Shown here in pieces: positions 28,126 through 38,802 of a stretch of DNA of 64,000 nucleotides (positions are counted from its first letter, which is position 1; each line of letters begins with the position of its first letter). A program made the translations under genes and the position numbers. The stretch comes from an uncultured Desulfobacter sp. (lineage in GTDB: Bacteria > Desulfobacterota > Desulfobacteria > Desulfobacterales > Desulfobacteraceae). Location of the stretch: contig OY762069.1 of NCBI GenBank assembly GCA_963665095.1, forward strand, positions 3,200,001-3,264,000. The letters are read 5' to 3'. The notes below the pieces were generated by a model. That model ran no database searches. It saw nothing but the letters and a program-made list of their open reading frames with translations, and was not told where the DNA came from.

Positions 28126-28386
28126 ATGGCAAGAACAGCAACCATACAAACCCGTGTTGACCCAACGGTAAAACACAATGCACAGATCATATTAAAAAAA
28201 TTAAATATTTCCATGTCAGAAGCCATTTCGATGTACCTGTCTCAAATCACTTTACATAACGGCATACCATTTGAGATAAAGCTGCCCAATGATGTCACTG
28301 AAACAGTATTACTGAATTCGGAAAAAGGGATTGATCTTCATCAGGTTGAATCTGTTGATGATTTATTTCAGGATCTTGACAGTTGA
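28126..28386 (+). CDS. RelB/DinJ family antitoxin
   Basis: TATIQTRVD...K..A..IL..L.ISMSEAI.MYL.QI....GIPFEIKLPN motif. Confidence 0.92.
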   Translation: MARTATIQTRVDPTVKHNAQIILKKLNISMSEAISMYLSQITLHNGIPFEIKLPNDVTETVLLNSEKGIDLHQVESVDDLFQDLDS

Positions 28387-28649
28387 ATATCCATTATACA
28401 ACTCAATTTAAAAAAGATTACAAAAGGCTCAAAAGACAGAACAAAGACATTTCAAAACTGAAAACGGTTATCGAGAAACTCTCCTCCGGCAAATTGCTGC
28501 CACCAGTTTACCGTGATCACCCCCTTTCTGGAAATTGGAAAAATCACCGTGATTGTCACATCGAACCTGACTGGCTTTTAATTTACCGAATCACCGCTGG
28601 GAACTTATACCTCGAAAGAACCGGATCGCACTCTGAACTGTTCCAATAA
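28383..28649 (+). CDS. yafQ: YafQ family mRNA interferase toxin
   Basis: TTQFKKDYK, YRDHPLSGNW, RDCHIEPDWLLIY and RTGSHSELF motifs; 4-nt overlap with the antitoxin. Confidence 0.93.
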   Translation: MNIHYTTQFKKDYKRLKRQNKDISKLKTVIEKLSSGKLLPPVYRDHPLSGNWKNHRDCHIEPDWLLIYRITAGNLYLERTGSHSELFQ

Positions 28650-28807
28650 CAATATCCTGAATGCACTGAATGCAAATACGAAAATCACCGGTCCGGCCGG
28701 GATCTCATACAGGGACCTTCACCCGAATTCCTTGGAGAAGCCTTGCCTGTTCCATTGACATTTACCTTTCAATCCGCTTCAATGGCCGGGAAAAAGGAGG
28801 CAGTATC

Positions 28808-29692
28808 ATGGCGGCAAAAGACTTAAGACAGCTCGGTCCTTCAACCTGGGTCATGGAAGGGCCTACCAATATTGGATTTATCAACACTGAAGAGGGTGTA
28901 TTTCTTGTGGACAGCGGCAACGGTAAAGAGGCCGGCCGGCAGATCAATAAAATGTTAAAGAAAATGGAATGGACCCTTTGCGGGGTGATCAACACCCATT
29001 CCAATGCGGATCATATCGGCGGCAATGATTATCTGCAGCGCAACCTTTCCTGTAAAATTTATGCACCGGCGGTTGAAGCGGCATTTACTGAACATCCGGA
29101 GCTTGAGACGGCGTTTTTGTGGGGCGGCAAACCGGTCAAGGATCTGGAAAACCGCTTTTTCAAAGCTGTTCCTTCCCGGGTGGACCATATTCTGACAGAA
29201 AAAAGCCAGGTGGCAGAAGGCCTGACCCTGCATGTGCTGGACGGCCATTTTTTCAACATGATGGGGATTGAAACCTGTGACCAGGTGCTGTTCCTTGCAG
29301 ATGCGCTTTTCGGCTGCAAGGTGCTTGAAAAATACCGGCTGCCCTTTATTTATGATGTCGGGGCGTTCAAGGCGTCCATTGCCCGGATCCAGGCCCTGCC
29401 CGCCACCTGGTATGTTCCTTCCCACGGAAGTATCAGATCAGATATTCAGGAGCTGGCCCAGGCCAACCTTTCTGTGGTAGAGAACCTTGAAACAGATATT
29501 TTGGAAATAGTGACCCGGGCCGCCCATTATGACCATATTTTAAAGGCTGTCTGCGACCGGTACGGAATCACGCTGGACTATGGACAGTACGCCCTGGTAG
29601 GCTCCACAATCCGGTCGTTCCTGTCATACCTGTACAACGAGGAGAAGCTGACCTATTATTTTGAGGACAACTTGCTATACTGGAAATCGTGA
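28808..29692 (+). CDS. MBL-fold metallo-hydrolase
   Basis: LVDSG, NTHSNADHIGG, GH, FLADA and PSHG motifs; AGGAGG RBS before the ATG at 28808. Confidence 0.9.
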   Translation: MAAKDLRQLGPSTWVMEGPTNIGFINTEEGVFLVDSGNGKEAGRQINKMLKKMEWTLCGVINTHSNADHIGGNDYLQRNLSCKIYAPAVEAAFTEHPELETAFLWGGKPVKDLENRFFKAVPSRVDHILTEKSQVAEGLTLHVLDGHFFNMMGIETCDQVLFLADALFGCKVLEKYRLPFIYDVGAFKASIARIQALPATWYVPSHGSIRSDIQELAQANLSVVENLETDILEIVTRAAHYDHILKAVCDRYGITLDYGQYALVGSTIRSFLSYLYNEEKLTYYFEDNLLYWKS

Positions 29693-29765
29693 CGAGGGGG
29701 ATCCCACAAACAAACTTTTTCCATAACTTTCATCCCCGTCCAATCCCGGCTTGATTCATGCCTAA

Positions 29766-29924
29766 GGACTACAGATGAAATAAGTTGATCAAAATTGCGC
29801 CGAGCTTTGGCTCATATACAAGGCGCATGAAAGGTCTAATAGCAGGCCTATTCGGCCTTTTATGCAACGCCGTAGATGAGCCAAAGGGCAAGTAATTTTG
29901 GTCAAGTTATAAAATTTGTAGTCC
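29766..29924. mobile_element. 159-bp MITE with ~33-bp imperfect terminal inverted repeats and a TAA target duplication
   Basis: TAA|GGACTACAGATGAAATAAGTTGATCAAAATT ... AATTTTGGTCAAGTTATAAAATTTGTAGTCC|TAA; internally palindromic (TTTGGCTCAT/ATGAGCCAAA). Confidence 0.8.
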
Positions 29925-30119
29925 TAAGTTAAACTCAGATGCAATCCATGCGGAAGACCGGTCAATAAACGCCTTGTTGCGGGATGACACATCAATGGAC
30001 TCATTAAGATGGTACTCAAGCATCATCTTTGAGGTATGTGCATGGGTCCACAGTTCGGCAGCCGTATAAAACTGAAACGGTTCCGGGCGCTCATTTATTT
30101 TTTTTATCTGTTCAAACAT
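29925..30119 (-). pseudogene. N-terminal fragment of a class I SAM-dependent methyltransferase, cut at the MITE
   Basis: MFEQIKKINERPEPFQFYTAAELWT..HTSKMMLEYHLNE.IDVSSR...FIDRS ends before the SAM-binding motif I. Confidence 0.7.
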
Positions 30120-30192
30120 ATCTTTCTCCCGGTGCGTTGTCCTGATGCCTGTCCATCCGATAATTGGGGAAAGGGCAAACACAATTTAAATT

Positions 30193-30996
30193 TCAGGATT
30201 CTTTTTCAAAAAAGATGACTTCACCGTCATCAGGGATATAGGTTTTTGCCAGCAAACCGTTTTTTTCCAACTCCCGGGCCAGCTGTGCCCGGGTGGTTGG
30301 GCAGTGATTCAGGGCTTCCAGATGATTGGCCAGTACTTTGCCCGGCGCGGTCCGGACAAACCGGATCAGTTCATCCACGGGCATGAGAATCGGACGACTG
30401 ACATCCAGGGTTGCGGTACCGGCGGCCATAATGGAGACATCCGGTTTAAGCTCTGACAACACACGCGCTACATGGCTGGTATATACCGTATCACCACTGA
30501 TATAGACTGAAGGCGCATCCGGCAGGGCAAGAAAATACCCTGCACCGTTTGCCATGAATCTGTGAATCCAGCTGTGCCCGTGCCGGGCAGGCACGGCTGT
30601 GATCGCTCCGCCCAAAAAGGAAGCCGGTTGCCAGAATTCCAGCCCTGTTTCAACGCGTAACCCGTATTTTCTTAATACGGTGGCATCCCGGGCAAGGGTT
30701 GTCACCGGTATCTGTCTGTCACAAAGAAACTTCTGGCCGGCTGCATCAAGATGGTCGGTATGCTGCAGGGCTTTGATCCCCCATTTCTGGCTGTGGGTAA
30801 TCAGGCAGTGGGTCACCTTGTCAAGGATAGTGTCTGCACCGAGAGGTAAATCCTTTAATGGATTTCTCAACGGTTTAAAACGAAAATAGGAAAATGGCGG
30901 GATAGAACCTTCAGGCCCCAGCATGGGGTCCACAAGTATGACTTGTTCATGTGATTCAATTACACAGGTGGCGCTTCTTAACTGGTGTATTTTCAT
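30193..30996 (-). CDS. MBL-fold metallo-hydrolase
   Basis: LRSAT, LVDPMLG, THSQ...HTDHLD, ARHG, YISGDT and NHLEALNHC motifs; start reassigned to MKIHQ. Confidence 0.9.
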   Translation of the reverse strand: MKIHQLRSATCVIESHEQVILVDPMLGPEGSIPPFSYFRFKPLRNPLKDLPLGADTILDKVTHCLITHSQKWGIKALQHTDHLDAAGQKFLCDRQIPVTTLARDATVLRKYGLRVETGLEFWQPASFLGGAITAVPARHGHSWIHRFMANGAGYFLALPDAPSVYISGDTVYTSHVARVLSELKPDVSIMAAGTATLDVSRPILMPVDELIRFVRTAPGKVLANHLEALNHCPTTRAQLARELEKNGLLAKTYIPDDGEVIFFEKES

Positions 30997-31145
30997 ACGA
31001 TCACCCTTTTTTGAGCATCCGTTAACGATCAATTGGCGTGTGTCTCTATTGTTGTCATCTATTCTCCTGCCTTGACGAATATCTTGAAATTGTTGATATT
31101 GTAAATTCATTAAAATTTCAATTATCAATTTGATTAGGATAAAAC

Positions 31146-31577
31146 GTGACCTGCAACCTCACTACATTCCAGGACCTCTTTGTAGGGCAGAAAGCATCCC
31201 TGACAAAAACGGTCACTGAAAAGGATCTGGACCATTTCATTGCCATTACCGGGGATACAAACCCGCTCCATGTCGACGATGCCTTTGCCCGGCAGACCTT
31301 TTTCGGCCAAAGAATCGCCCATGGCATGTTGTCGGCATCCCTGTTTTCAACTTTGGTGGGAATGCATATCCCTGGTATTGGCGCCATATACAAAAAACAG
31401 ACCCTGGAGTTTCTGCGCCCTGTTTTTATTGGTGATGTTTTGTGTGCATGGTTTGAAATTGTGGCAATTGACCGGGAAAAGGAAGAAATCCTCATTAAAA
31501 GCTGGATTGAAAATCAGGAGGGTCTGGTCGTAATTCAGGGAGAGACAGTGGCCAGTCTATTGAGAGGATTAACATAA
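31146..31577 (+). CDS. MaoC family (R)-hydratase
   Basis: ITGDTNPLHVD..FA..T.FG.RIAHGML and FLRPVFIGD motifs. Confidence 0.93.
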   Translation: MTCNLTTFQDLFVGQKASLTKTVTEKDLDHFIAITGDTNPLHVDDAFARQTFFGQRIAHGMLSASLFSTLVGMHIPGIGAIYKKQTLEFLRPVFIGDVLCAWFEIVAIDREKEEILIKSWIENQEGLVVIQGETVASLLRGLT

Positions 31578-31723
31578 AAATTTCCGGGTACGGTATTTTC
31601 ACTGGAAGCAGGATGACTGAAAAATTTTTTCTGGCAGAAACTTCATGAATTAGATATATCTCAAGTTAAATTTCATTTCTAATTGGGTTTGAGACCTATA
31701 ACTTTCTGAATATAGGGGTCAGC

Positions 31724-34700
31724 ATGAAAATATCAGATTCCGTCTGCGCTCTTTTTATCTGTCTTTTATCTGTCACCTGTTTGTTCCCGGTCATATCCCA
31801 TGCCGCGAAAAATCCTGTGGCAGGAGAAATTGTTAATCAAAATAAGGTCACCAATGTCAGAAAGGCCGGCACAAACGAAAGCCTGCCTGCAGCTGCCAAT
31901 ATGTCATTATTCAGTGGAGACGCGGTCATAACAGGGCCAAAGGGCTGGGCTGCTGTCCTGTTGTCAGACGAAACCCTTGTGCAGGTCAACCGCAATACGA
32001 TTTTTGAACTCAAGGAGGTTGCCCCCTCTGCCGGATGGTTTAACCAGGCCGGCACTTCGTCCAAGGGAGCCGGCGCCTCAGGCGGCAGATCTTTATTCAA
32101 ATTAAATAAAGGTGAGGCCTGGTTTAGAAATAAGAATAAAAACATGCTGATCAATATTGAAACGCCCACGGTGACCGCCGGAATCCGGGGAACGGAGATC
32201 AATATAACCGTCAGCCCGGATCAGACAGTGTCCATTGCTGTTTTAGAAGGAAGCGTTTCTGCTGAAAATCCCTACGGAAAACTGATCGGAAAAGCCGGAG
32301 AACTGATCACCACCCGCCCCGGAGAGCCTCCGGTCAAAACGCTGTTGCTTGAACCCCGGGATGTCGTTCAGTGGACAGTTTCTATCCCATCCGACCTTAG
32401 CACCTGTCTTCAGTCAGAGGCCGGTATTGACCCGGCTTTAGCGCAGATGATCCGGTTAAGGCAGATGGTTCAGGCCCAGGAGCTGCTGGAAAACCATCTT
32501 AAAACCCATGAAAATGATGCCGCGGCCCTAAGCTGGCTCGCCCTTGTGCTTCTTTATCGCGGAGAGGGGGCAAACGCCGTTGAAGCAGCGGAAAAAGCAG
32601 TCAGACTGTCCCCCCAAGGGGCATCTTCCCGGATTGTACTCAGTTACTGCTATCAGGGCATGTTTGATCTGGAACAGGCGGCCGCAGTCCTTGAAGGCGT
32701 ATTGGAAAAAAATCCGGACAATGTTCTTGCCATGACAAATCTGGCCCGGATTCTGTTTGGCAGCAATCAAATTGATGCGGCCCGCAGGTTAATTAAACAG
32801 GCCTGGAAAAAGGCCCCGGATAATGCAGACGTGTTGACTTTAAAAGGGTTTCTTGCCCTTGCCGACCATGATTACGATGGGGTTGAACCGTCGCTTCTCA
32901 GGGCCAAAGCCCTGGCTCCTCAGAATGCAGAGCCATTGATGGGACTTGCGATCTACCACATGAGGCAGGGAAAAAGCGATGTGGCCCTTAAAGAGATAGC
33001 CAGCGCAGTTCTGCTGGAACCCAGGCGCTCGGTATTAGCCAGCTACTGGGGCAAAATGCTCTACCAGATCCAGCGGTTTGACCGGGCACTGGAACTGCTT
33101 GACCTGGCAGAAACGCTGGATCCCAATGATCCCACACCCCATCTCTATAAATCCATTATCCTAAGGGACCTGAACCATTCAGGACAGGCCATATCCGAGC
33201 TGAATCAGGCCGTGGAACTGAACGACAACCGTGCCGTTTACCGGTCCAGGTTTCTTCTTGACCAGGACCTGGCCGTTAAAAACGTGAATCTGAGTATCAT
33301 CCATAACCAGCTTGGCCTTTCGGAGTGGGCCAGGAGCAAAGCCCTTGAATCGGTAAAAGATGATTACCGGAATGCATCTGCGCATACCTATCTTGCCGGG
33401 GCTCTGCTCAACATGGAGGGGCGGCTTCGGGCCGGTTCCGGTGAGAACATTTTAGGACTGCTGCTTCAACCGGCCAATATCAACTCTTTAAATACATTCC
33501 AGGAATATACATCTTTCTTTGAGCAACCCGATGTCACCACCATCATGACCGGAAGTGCCGGGAATTTCGACACCATCTCTTCAAGCCTGCTGTTTCTTGG
33601 CACCATGCCTGAAAACAATCTGGCCTGTAATGTTATGGGGGACATGACTTCCACAGACGGATGGCGGGGAACAAATGATTATGATTACAAAGCCCTGACT
33701 GGATCCTTTAAATGGGATCCGTCTTCAAAAGATAGTCTGCTGCTGGTTGCATCGGCTATTAATTCAGAGCAGCACGACAGATACACAAGGCAGTACGAGT
33801 ATGATGCCGCATCCATGCCAGATGACTGGAATACCAATCAATCCAGGTATATCCGGGCCGGATACCATCGGAAAATTTCCCAGGATACAGATTTCCTTTT
33901 TCTGACAAAATATCTCCATTACAAACCTGAATACAGCACAGAATCCTATTACTGGCTCCAGGATCTTGATGTGATTTGCAATATTTTCTCTGAAGAAAAA
34001 AGCCGGATAGACGATTTTACGGTTCAGGGCCAGGTCCTGCACACAGCCAAACAACATGAATTGATCACGGGTGTATTTTATGAAGAGTTCAAACAGTCAA
34101 GTGACTTAAGTGAGCTATGGGACTATTACTTTTTCATTGAAGATGCCTACTATTATATCTATTCAGATGAATTTCCAACAACAGGAGATAAAACAGACCG
34201 GTTCTACGCCCTCTATGTCCAGGACATCTGGAACCTGTCCTCCTCGGTGACACTTGAATCCGGCCTTTATCTGGACAGGATTGAAACCGGCAGTGTAGAT
34301 GGGTTGTCCGAGATCGACGACACCATGCTTAACCCGAGATTAGGAATAATTTACCGGTTCAGTAAAAATGACCGGATCCGGGTGGCCGGATTCAGATATG
34401 TGGTCCCCCATGCCACTGAAAGGATGGATCCCTTTGATGTCGCAGGTGTTCCGGTTTACCGAAATACCTATGTGGGAGCACAGACCAAAGAGGCAGACCT
34501 GATTTGGGAACATGAATGGAAAAAGGTCTATTCAAGCACGACATTGTATTACTTTGAAAGTGAGCTGGAATCAATACTGTCAACCGGTCTTACTTACACA
34601 GATGACGCTAAAGTCAAAGGGCTGGAGCAGGTGTTTAATGTTCTGGCCGGTGACTTTACCGGTATTTCCGCAAGTTACCGGTTAATGAACATTGAAAACG

Positions 34701-35017
34701 AGACTGCCGAACAAAAAAACAGAATTGATCACAGGGCAGTTGTTTCCCTGACCTGTAATCATCCTTCGGGGGTATTCGGGGCTCTAAGCGAAACATTCCG
34801 GCGCCAGGATATGAAAAATCACTCTGTTTATGATGATGAAACCATCTGGATAACAGATGTGAGCGCTGGATATAATCTGCCGAACAAGCGGGGCAGTATC
34901 ACGCTGGCAGTAAACAATTTGTTTGATCAGCACTTCAACTGGATTGTTGATGACTTTATATTTACCGGCAGAGTTCCGGAGCGGGAAATTCTGATGACCC
35001 TTTCCCTGATATTTTAA
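31724..35017 (+). CDS. FecR-domain / TPR / TonB-dependent receptor-like outer-membrane protein
   Basis: Signal peptide; FecR-like GDAVITG...IETPTVTAGIRGT; TPR helices; NDNRAVYRSRFLLDQDLA; beta-barrel ending NNLFD...SLIF. Confidence 0.85.
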   Translation: MKISDSVCALFICLLSVTCLFPVISHAAKNPVAGEIVNQNKVTNVRKAGTNESLPAAANMSLFSGDAVITGPKGWAAVLLSDETLVQVNRNTIFELKEVAPSAGWFNQAGTSSKGAGASGGRSLFKLNKGEAWFRNKNKNMLINIETPTVTAGIRGTEINITVSPDQTVSIAVLEGSVSAENPYGKLIGKAGELITTRPGEPPVKTLLLEPRDVVQWTVSIPSDLSTCLQSEAGIDPALAQMIRLRQMVQAQELLENHLKTHENDAAALSWLALVLLYRGEGANAVEAAEKAVRLSPQGASSRIVLSYCYQGMFDLEQAAAVLEGVLEKNPDNVLAMTNLARILFGSNQIDAARRLIKQAWKKAPDNADVLTLKGFLALADHDYDGVEPSLLRAKALAPQNAEPLMGLAIYHMRQGKSDVALKEIASAVLLEPRRSVLASYWGKMLYQIQRFDRALELLDLAETLDPNDPTPHLYKSIILRDLNHSGQAISELNQAVELNDNRAVYRSRFLLDQDLAVKNVNLSIIHNQLGLSEWARSKALESVKDDYRNASAHTYLAGALLNMEGRLRAGSGENILGLLLQPANINSLNTFQEYTSFFEQPDVTTIMTGSAGNFDTISSSLLFLGTMPENNLACNVMGDMTSTDGWRGTNDYDYKALTGSFKWDPSSKDSLLLVASAINSEQHDRYTRQYEYDAASMPDDWNTNQSRYIRAGYHRKISQDTDFLFLTKYLHYKPEYSTESYYWLQDLDVICNIFSEEKSRIDDFTVQGQVLHTAKQHELITGVFYEEFKQSSDLSELWDYYFFIEDAYYYIYSDEFPTTGDKTDRFYALYVQDIWNLSSSVTLESGLYLDRIETGSVDGLSEIDDTMLNPRLGIIYRFSKNDRIRVAGFRYVVPHATERMDPFDVAGVPVYRNTYVGAQTKEADLIWEHEWKKVYSSTTLYYFESELESILSTGLTYTDDAKVKGLEQVFNVLAGDFTGISASYRLMNIENETAEQKNRIDHRAVVSLTCNHPSGVFGALSETFRRQDMKNHSVYDDETIWITDVSAGYNLPNKRGSITLAVNNLFDQHFNWIVDDFIFTGRVPEREILMTLSLIF

Positions 35018-35040
35018 CCGGAACGTTTCAAAAAATATCA

Positions 35041-37050
35041 ATGGCTCAGAATACGGTAAAACATCAGTTCAAAATAAAAACAAAAACCCGGATGATTATT
35101 CTGGCAGTTGTTTTTGCTCTCTCTTTCGGGGCCAGCATTACCGGACCGGGACATGAAGCGTCCATCTATCTTCACGATCTGCTCTTTGTCTTAAGAGGGC
35201 CGGTTCCGGTAAATAAGGATATTGTCATTGTTGCCATTGACGAGCCCAGTTTTGGGGTCATCGGCAGGCAATGGCCATGGCCAAGGGGGCTTCACGCTCA
35301 GCTCACTGATAATTTATACCGCCTGGGGGCGAGGGTGGTGGCCTTTGATGTCATATTTGCAGAGGCTTCTGATCCACAGAACGACCAGGCATTCAGAGAG
35401 GTCTTGTCGCGCCACCCGGGAACCGTTCTTGCCTCTTATTATGACACGGCCCAGAGTGATCTATTTAAGCGGGAGACTTTTGTTGTCCCCCATCCTGATA
35501 TCTTTGCCCCTGGCACCCGGACCGGATTTATCAATATGCCTGTTAACGAAGGCGGCCTGATCCGGAAGGTGAAATGTCATACCCAGGATCAGGTCTGTTT
35601 ATCCGGGGCGGTATATGAAAGCTTTACCCATCAGAAAACAGACAGACGTACTCAGGAACTTTTGATCAACTTCGCAGGTCCCCCGGGGACCTTTGATCTT
35701 ATCTCTTATTACCAGGTACTTGACATTGCCCACCTGCCTGACATGTTTTTTAAAGATAAAGCTGTATTTGTGGGGTTTGTCTCCATAATTGCCGATGTGT
35801 TTTCCAACCGGCCAGATCACTTCCCCGTACCCTGGACCCGGTGGGGAAAGGGGTATATGCCGGGAGTTGAAATCCTGGCGACAGTCCTTGACAACCTTTT
35901 GGAAAACAATGCCATAGTGCCTTTACCGGTCTGGGTTACTTATTTACTCTCCTTTTTGATCTGCACAGGGCTGGTGCTCACCTCCCTGTCCGGCCATCCT
36001 AAGCGTTCCCTTCCGGTCTGGGGCGTAAGCGGGCTTTTACTGACAGCTGTCTGGTATATTCTTTTTTCAAAATTTAACCGGCTGCTATCTCTGCCTGGGA
36101 TTATTTTCCCCTCCACCGCCGGCACCCTGGCCATTTTGACATTATATTTTTTTGAAATTCAAAGGGAAAAATTATTTATCAGAAAGGCCTTTTCAACCTA
36201 TGTTTCCCCTGCAGTGGTTAAAGAGCTGGAAAAGAATCCGGAAAAATTAGAGCTTGGGGGAGAAGAGCGGGAGATCACGGCTTTTTTTTCAGACATCCAG
36301 GGGTTCACCAGCATTTCAGAAAAAATGGGTCCCAGGGAGCTGGTCAACTTTTTAAATGAATTTCTTTCGGAGATGAGCGATATCATTCTTGATGCCCGCG
36401 GGACAGTGGATAAATTTGAAGGGGACGCCATTATTGCATTTTTTGGCGCACCCCAACCCATGGCTGACCACGCCCTTCACGCCTGTGCAGGCACCATTAA
36501 AATGCACCACCGGCTGACAATCTTAAATCAGGGGTGGCGGGCAAAAGGCCTTCCTGAAATCAAAATGCGCACGGGATTATGTTCAGGGAAGGCGATTGTC
36601 GGGAATATGGGCACCCGTGACCGCATGGATTATACCATGATGGGGGATACAGTGAATATTGCAGCCAGACTGGAAGGTGCCAATAAAATTTATGGCATTT
36701 ACTCCCTGATCTCAGAAACAACGAAACGGCAGCTGCCCGACACCATCGTTACAAGACAGATAGATACCATCCGGGTGGTGGGAAGGAAAGAGCCCATGGA
36801 TATCCACCAGCTTTTGGGATATGAAGAAGATATATCAGAACAAACCTTTCAGGTTCTGGAACTTTATGCCAGAGGCCTTGAAAGATACAAATCCATGGAT
36901 TTCAGCAAAGCCATTGATTTTTTCACCGCGGCCCTGAGTATCGATCCTGAAGAACAGCCGTCGCAAACCATGTTGTCCAGATGCCAAAATTTTTTACAGG
37001 CCCCCCCGGGCCAGGGATGGGACGGCGTATTTACCCAGCAGAAAAAATAG
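35041..37050 (+). CDS. CHASE2-domain adenylate/guanylate cyclase
   Basis: IVIVAIDE...WPWPR, AFDVIF and PGVEILA (CHASE2); three TMs; FFSDIQGFT, DKFEGDAI and GDTVNIAARLEG. Confidence 0.95.
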   Translation: MAQNTVKHQFKIKTKTRMIILAVVFALSFGASITGPGHEASIYLHDLLFVLRGPVPVNKDIVIVAIDEPSFGVIGRQWPWPRGLHAQLTDNLYRLGARVVAFDVIFAEASDPQNDQAFREVLSRHPGTVLASYYDTAQSDLFKRETFVVPHPDIFAPGTRTGFINMPVNEGGLIRKVKCHTQDQVCLSGAVYESFTHQKTDRRTQELLINFAGPPGTFDLISYYQVLDIAHLPDMFFKDKAVFVGFVSIIADVFSNRPDHFPVPWTRWGKGYMPGVEILATVLDNLLENNAIVPLPVWVTYLLSFLICTGLVLTSLSGHPKRSLPVWGVSGLLLTAVWYILFSKFNRLLSLPGIIFPSTAGTLAILTLYFFEIQREKLFIRKAFSTYVSPAVVKELEKNPEKLELGGEEREITAFFSDIQGFTSISEKMGPRELVNFLNEFLSEMSDIILDARGTVDKFEGDAIIAFFGAPQPMADHALHACAGTIKMHHRLTILNQGWRAKGLPEIKMRTGLCSGKAIVGNMGTRDRMDYTMMGDTVNIAARLEGANKIYGIYSLISETTKRQLPDTIVTRQIDTIRVVGRKEPMDIHQLLGYEEDISEQTFQVLELYARGLERYKSMDFSKAIDFFTAALSIDPEEQPSQTMLSRCQNFLQAPPGQGWDGVFTQQKK

Positions 37051-37138
37051 TTCGTCCTGTTGTTCACCTGGAGATCTCTTTATGTTAAAAGATCAGGGAT
37101 CTATCGGTGTTTTCTTACCAGGGAGCAACGGTTCTGTG

Positions 37139-38680
37139 TCAGGTGCCGCAAAAGGTCCGGGTCACCCGTTCGTCGCTGGCAGGCGGTTTCGTATAGTCAA
37201 TAAACGCCGGCTGATCTGTAAACGGATTTTTAAGAAGCGTTGTCAGCAGGTGTACCTGGCTGAAATCATCTTTGGTTTCCGCATCCTCAATGGCCTTTTG
37301 AATTCGATGGTTTCTCGGAATGAAAAGGGGATTGAGCCGGTTCATTCTCTGTTTAACAGCTTCCGGTGAGTTTTCCGTGCGCAGCCGCCGTTGCCATTTG
37401 GCAAGCCAGGCTGCAATCGCATCCGGCTCCTTGAAAAGCGTTTCAAATTGCGGCGTCATGCCCGTGACTTCTGAGGTATGGTCTGCCAGACAGCGAAATG
37501 TCAGGGTAAAATCAGCCTTTTGCCGCTGCATGAGATCAAGCAGTTCCACAACAAGGGAAAAATCCTGATCATCAGGGTCTTTTATTCCAATTTTTTTCAG
37601 CATACCCTGTCTCCAGGCATGAACAAACTCCTGTTCAAACATGGAGAGGGTGGCATCAATAACCTCCTTTGCCTCGGCTTCTGTTTTTCCGAGAAGGACG
37701 CGCAAACAAATGCCAAGACAGTGCAGGTTCCACTTCATGATGGCGCCCTGATTGGCATATCGATATCTTCCCGCCATGTCGATGGAACTGAAGACCATGT
37801 TCAGGTCATAATAATCCATAAATGCACAGGGTCCGTAGTCGATTGTCTCCCCTGATACTGACGTGTTATCGGTGTTCATAACACCGTGAATGAATCCCAG
37901 TTGCATCCATTTTGCGACAAGGATGGCCTGTCTTGATGCCACCGCTTTAAAAAACCGCCGATACGAATCTTTTTCCCCCTGGATGTCCGGGTAATGGCGG
38001 GCAATCACGTAGTCGGCCAGCCGGCGTACAGCATCTTCATCCCCCCGGGCGGCAAAATATTCAAAACTGCCCACCCGGACAAAACTTGAGGCAACTCTGG
38101 TCAGAATACCACCCGGATGGATTCCATCCTCACGCAGAATCTTTTCACTGGTGGTGACGATTGCCAGGGCTCTGGTGGTGGGCACCCCCAGGGCGTGCAT
38201 GGCCTCACTGACGATGTATTCCCGGATCACAGGTCCCAGGGGAGACTTGCCATCCCCACCCCGTGAAAACCGTGTTCTGCCGGAACCTTTAAGCTGAATA
38301 TCGTAGTGTTTGCCGTCCGGGGTAACTTTTTCACCGAGCAAAACAGCACGGCCGTCCCCCAACTGCGGGACAAAGCTGCCGAACTGATGTCCGGCATAGG
38401 CCATGGCAATGGGTGTGGAATCAGCAAAAAGAAGATTGCCGGCCAGGCAGTCCGCCAGTTCCGGGGTGTCCGGAGAAAAATCAAAGCCCAGCTCCCTGCC
38501 CAGTTCCCGGTTGTATTTTTGCAGGGCCGCTTTTCCAACGACTTCCGGGGCACACCGCTCATAAAAATCTTGCTGAAGCGTGACATAACTGTTTTCAAAT
38601 CCGGCATTAAGCGTGGATCTCTCTGTGGTTCTTTTCATATATGCGCTCCTTTCCGCCTTTGCAGACAGCTTTTTTTTCAT
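37139..38680 (-). CDS. selO: Protein adenylyltransferase SelO (YdiU)
   Basis: YAGHQFG..QLGDGRA, QLKGSGRT.FSRGGDG, REYIVSEAM, GFIHGVMNTDN and IDYGP motifs; C-terminal TFCGT. Confidence 0.95.
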   Translation of the reverse strand: MKKKLSAKAERSAYMKRTTERSTLNAGFENSYVTLQQDFYERCAPEVVGKAALQKYNRELGRELGFDFSPDTPELADCLAGNLLFADSTPIAMAYAGHQFGSFVPQLGDGRAVLLGEKVTPDGKHYDIQLKGSGRTRFSRGGDGKSPLGPVIREYIVSEAMHALGVPTTRALAIVTTSEKILREDGIHPGGILTRVASSFVRVGSFEYFAARGDEDAVRRLADYVIARHYPDIQGEKDSYRRFFKAVASRQAILVAKWMQLGFIHGVMNTDNTSVSGETIDYGPCAFMDYYDLNMVFSSIDMAGRYRYANQGAIMKWNLHCLGICLRVLLGKTEAEAKEVIDATLSMFEQEFVHAWRQGMLKKIGIKDPDDQDFSLVVELLDLMQRQKADFTLTFRCLADHTSEVTGMTPQFETLFKEPDAIAAWLAKWQRRLRTENSPEAVKQRMNRLNPLFIPRNHRIQKAIEDAETKDDFSQVHLLTTLLKNPFTDQPAFIDYTKPPASDERVTRTFCGT

Positions 38681-38802
38681 TCATGCATCATTTGTTTCAA
38701 AAGATAATGCATGAATACAGAGAAGTCATCTATGTGAATACTTTTCTAGGAGCACATTATATTTTTTGTCATTTAATACAGATATATTCAGTTATTTTCT
38801 TC

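Noticed and set aside
37139..37160. Selenocysteine recoding at the SelO C-terminus
   Set aside because: The protein ends TFCGT-stop like ordinary bacterial YdiU; there is no evidence for UGA readthrough.
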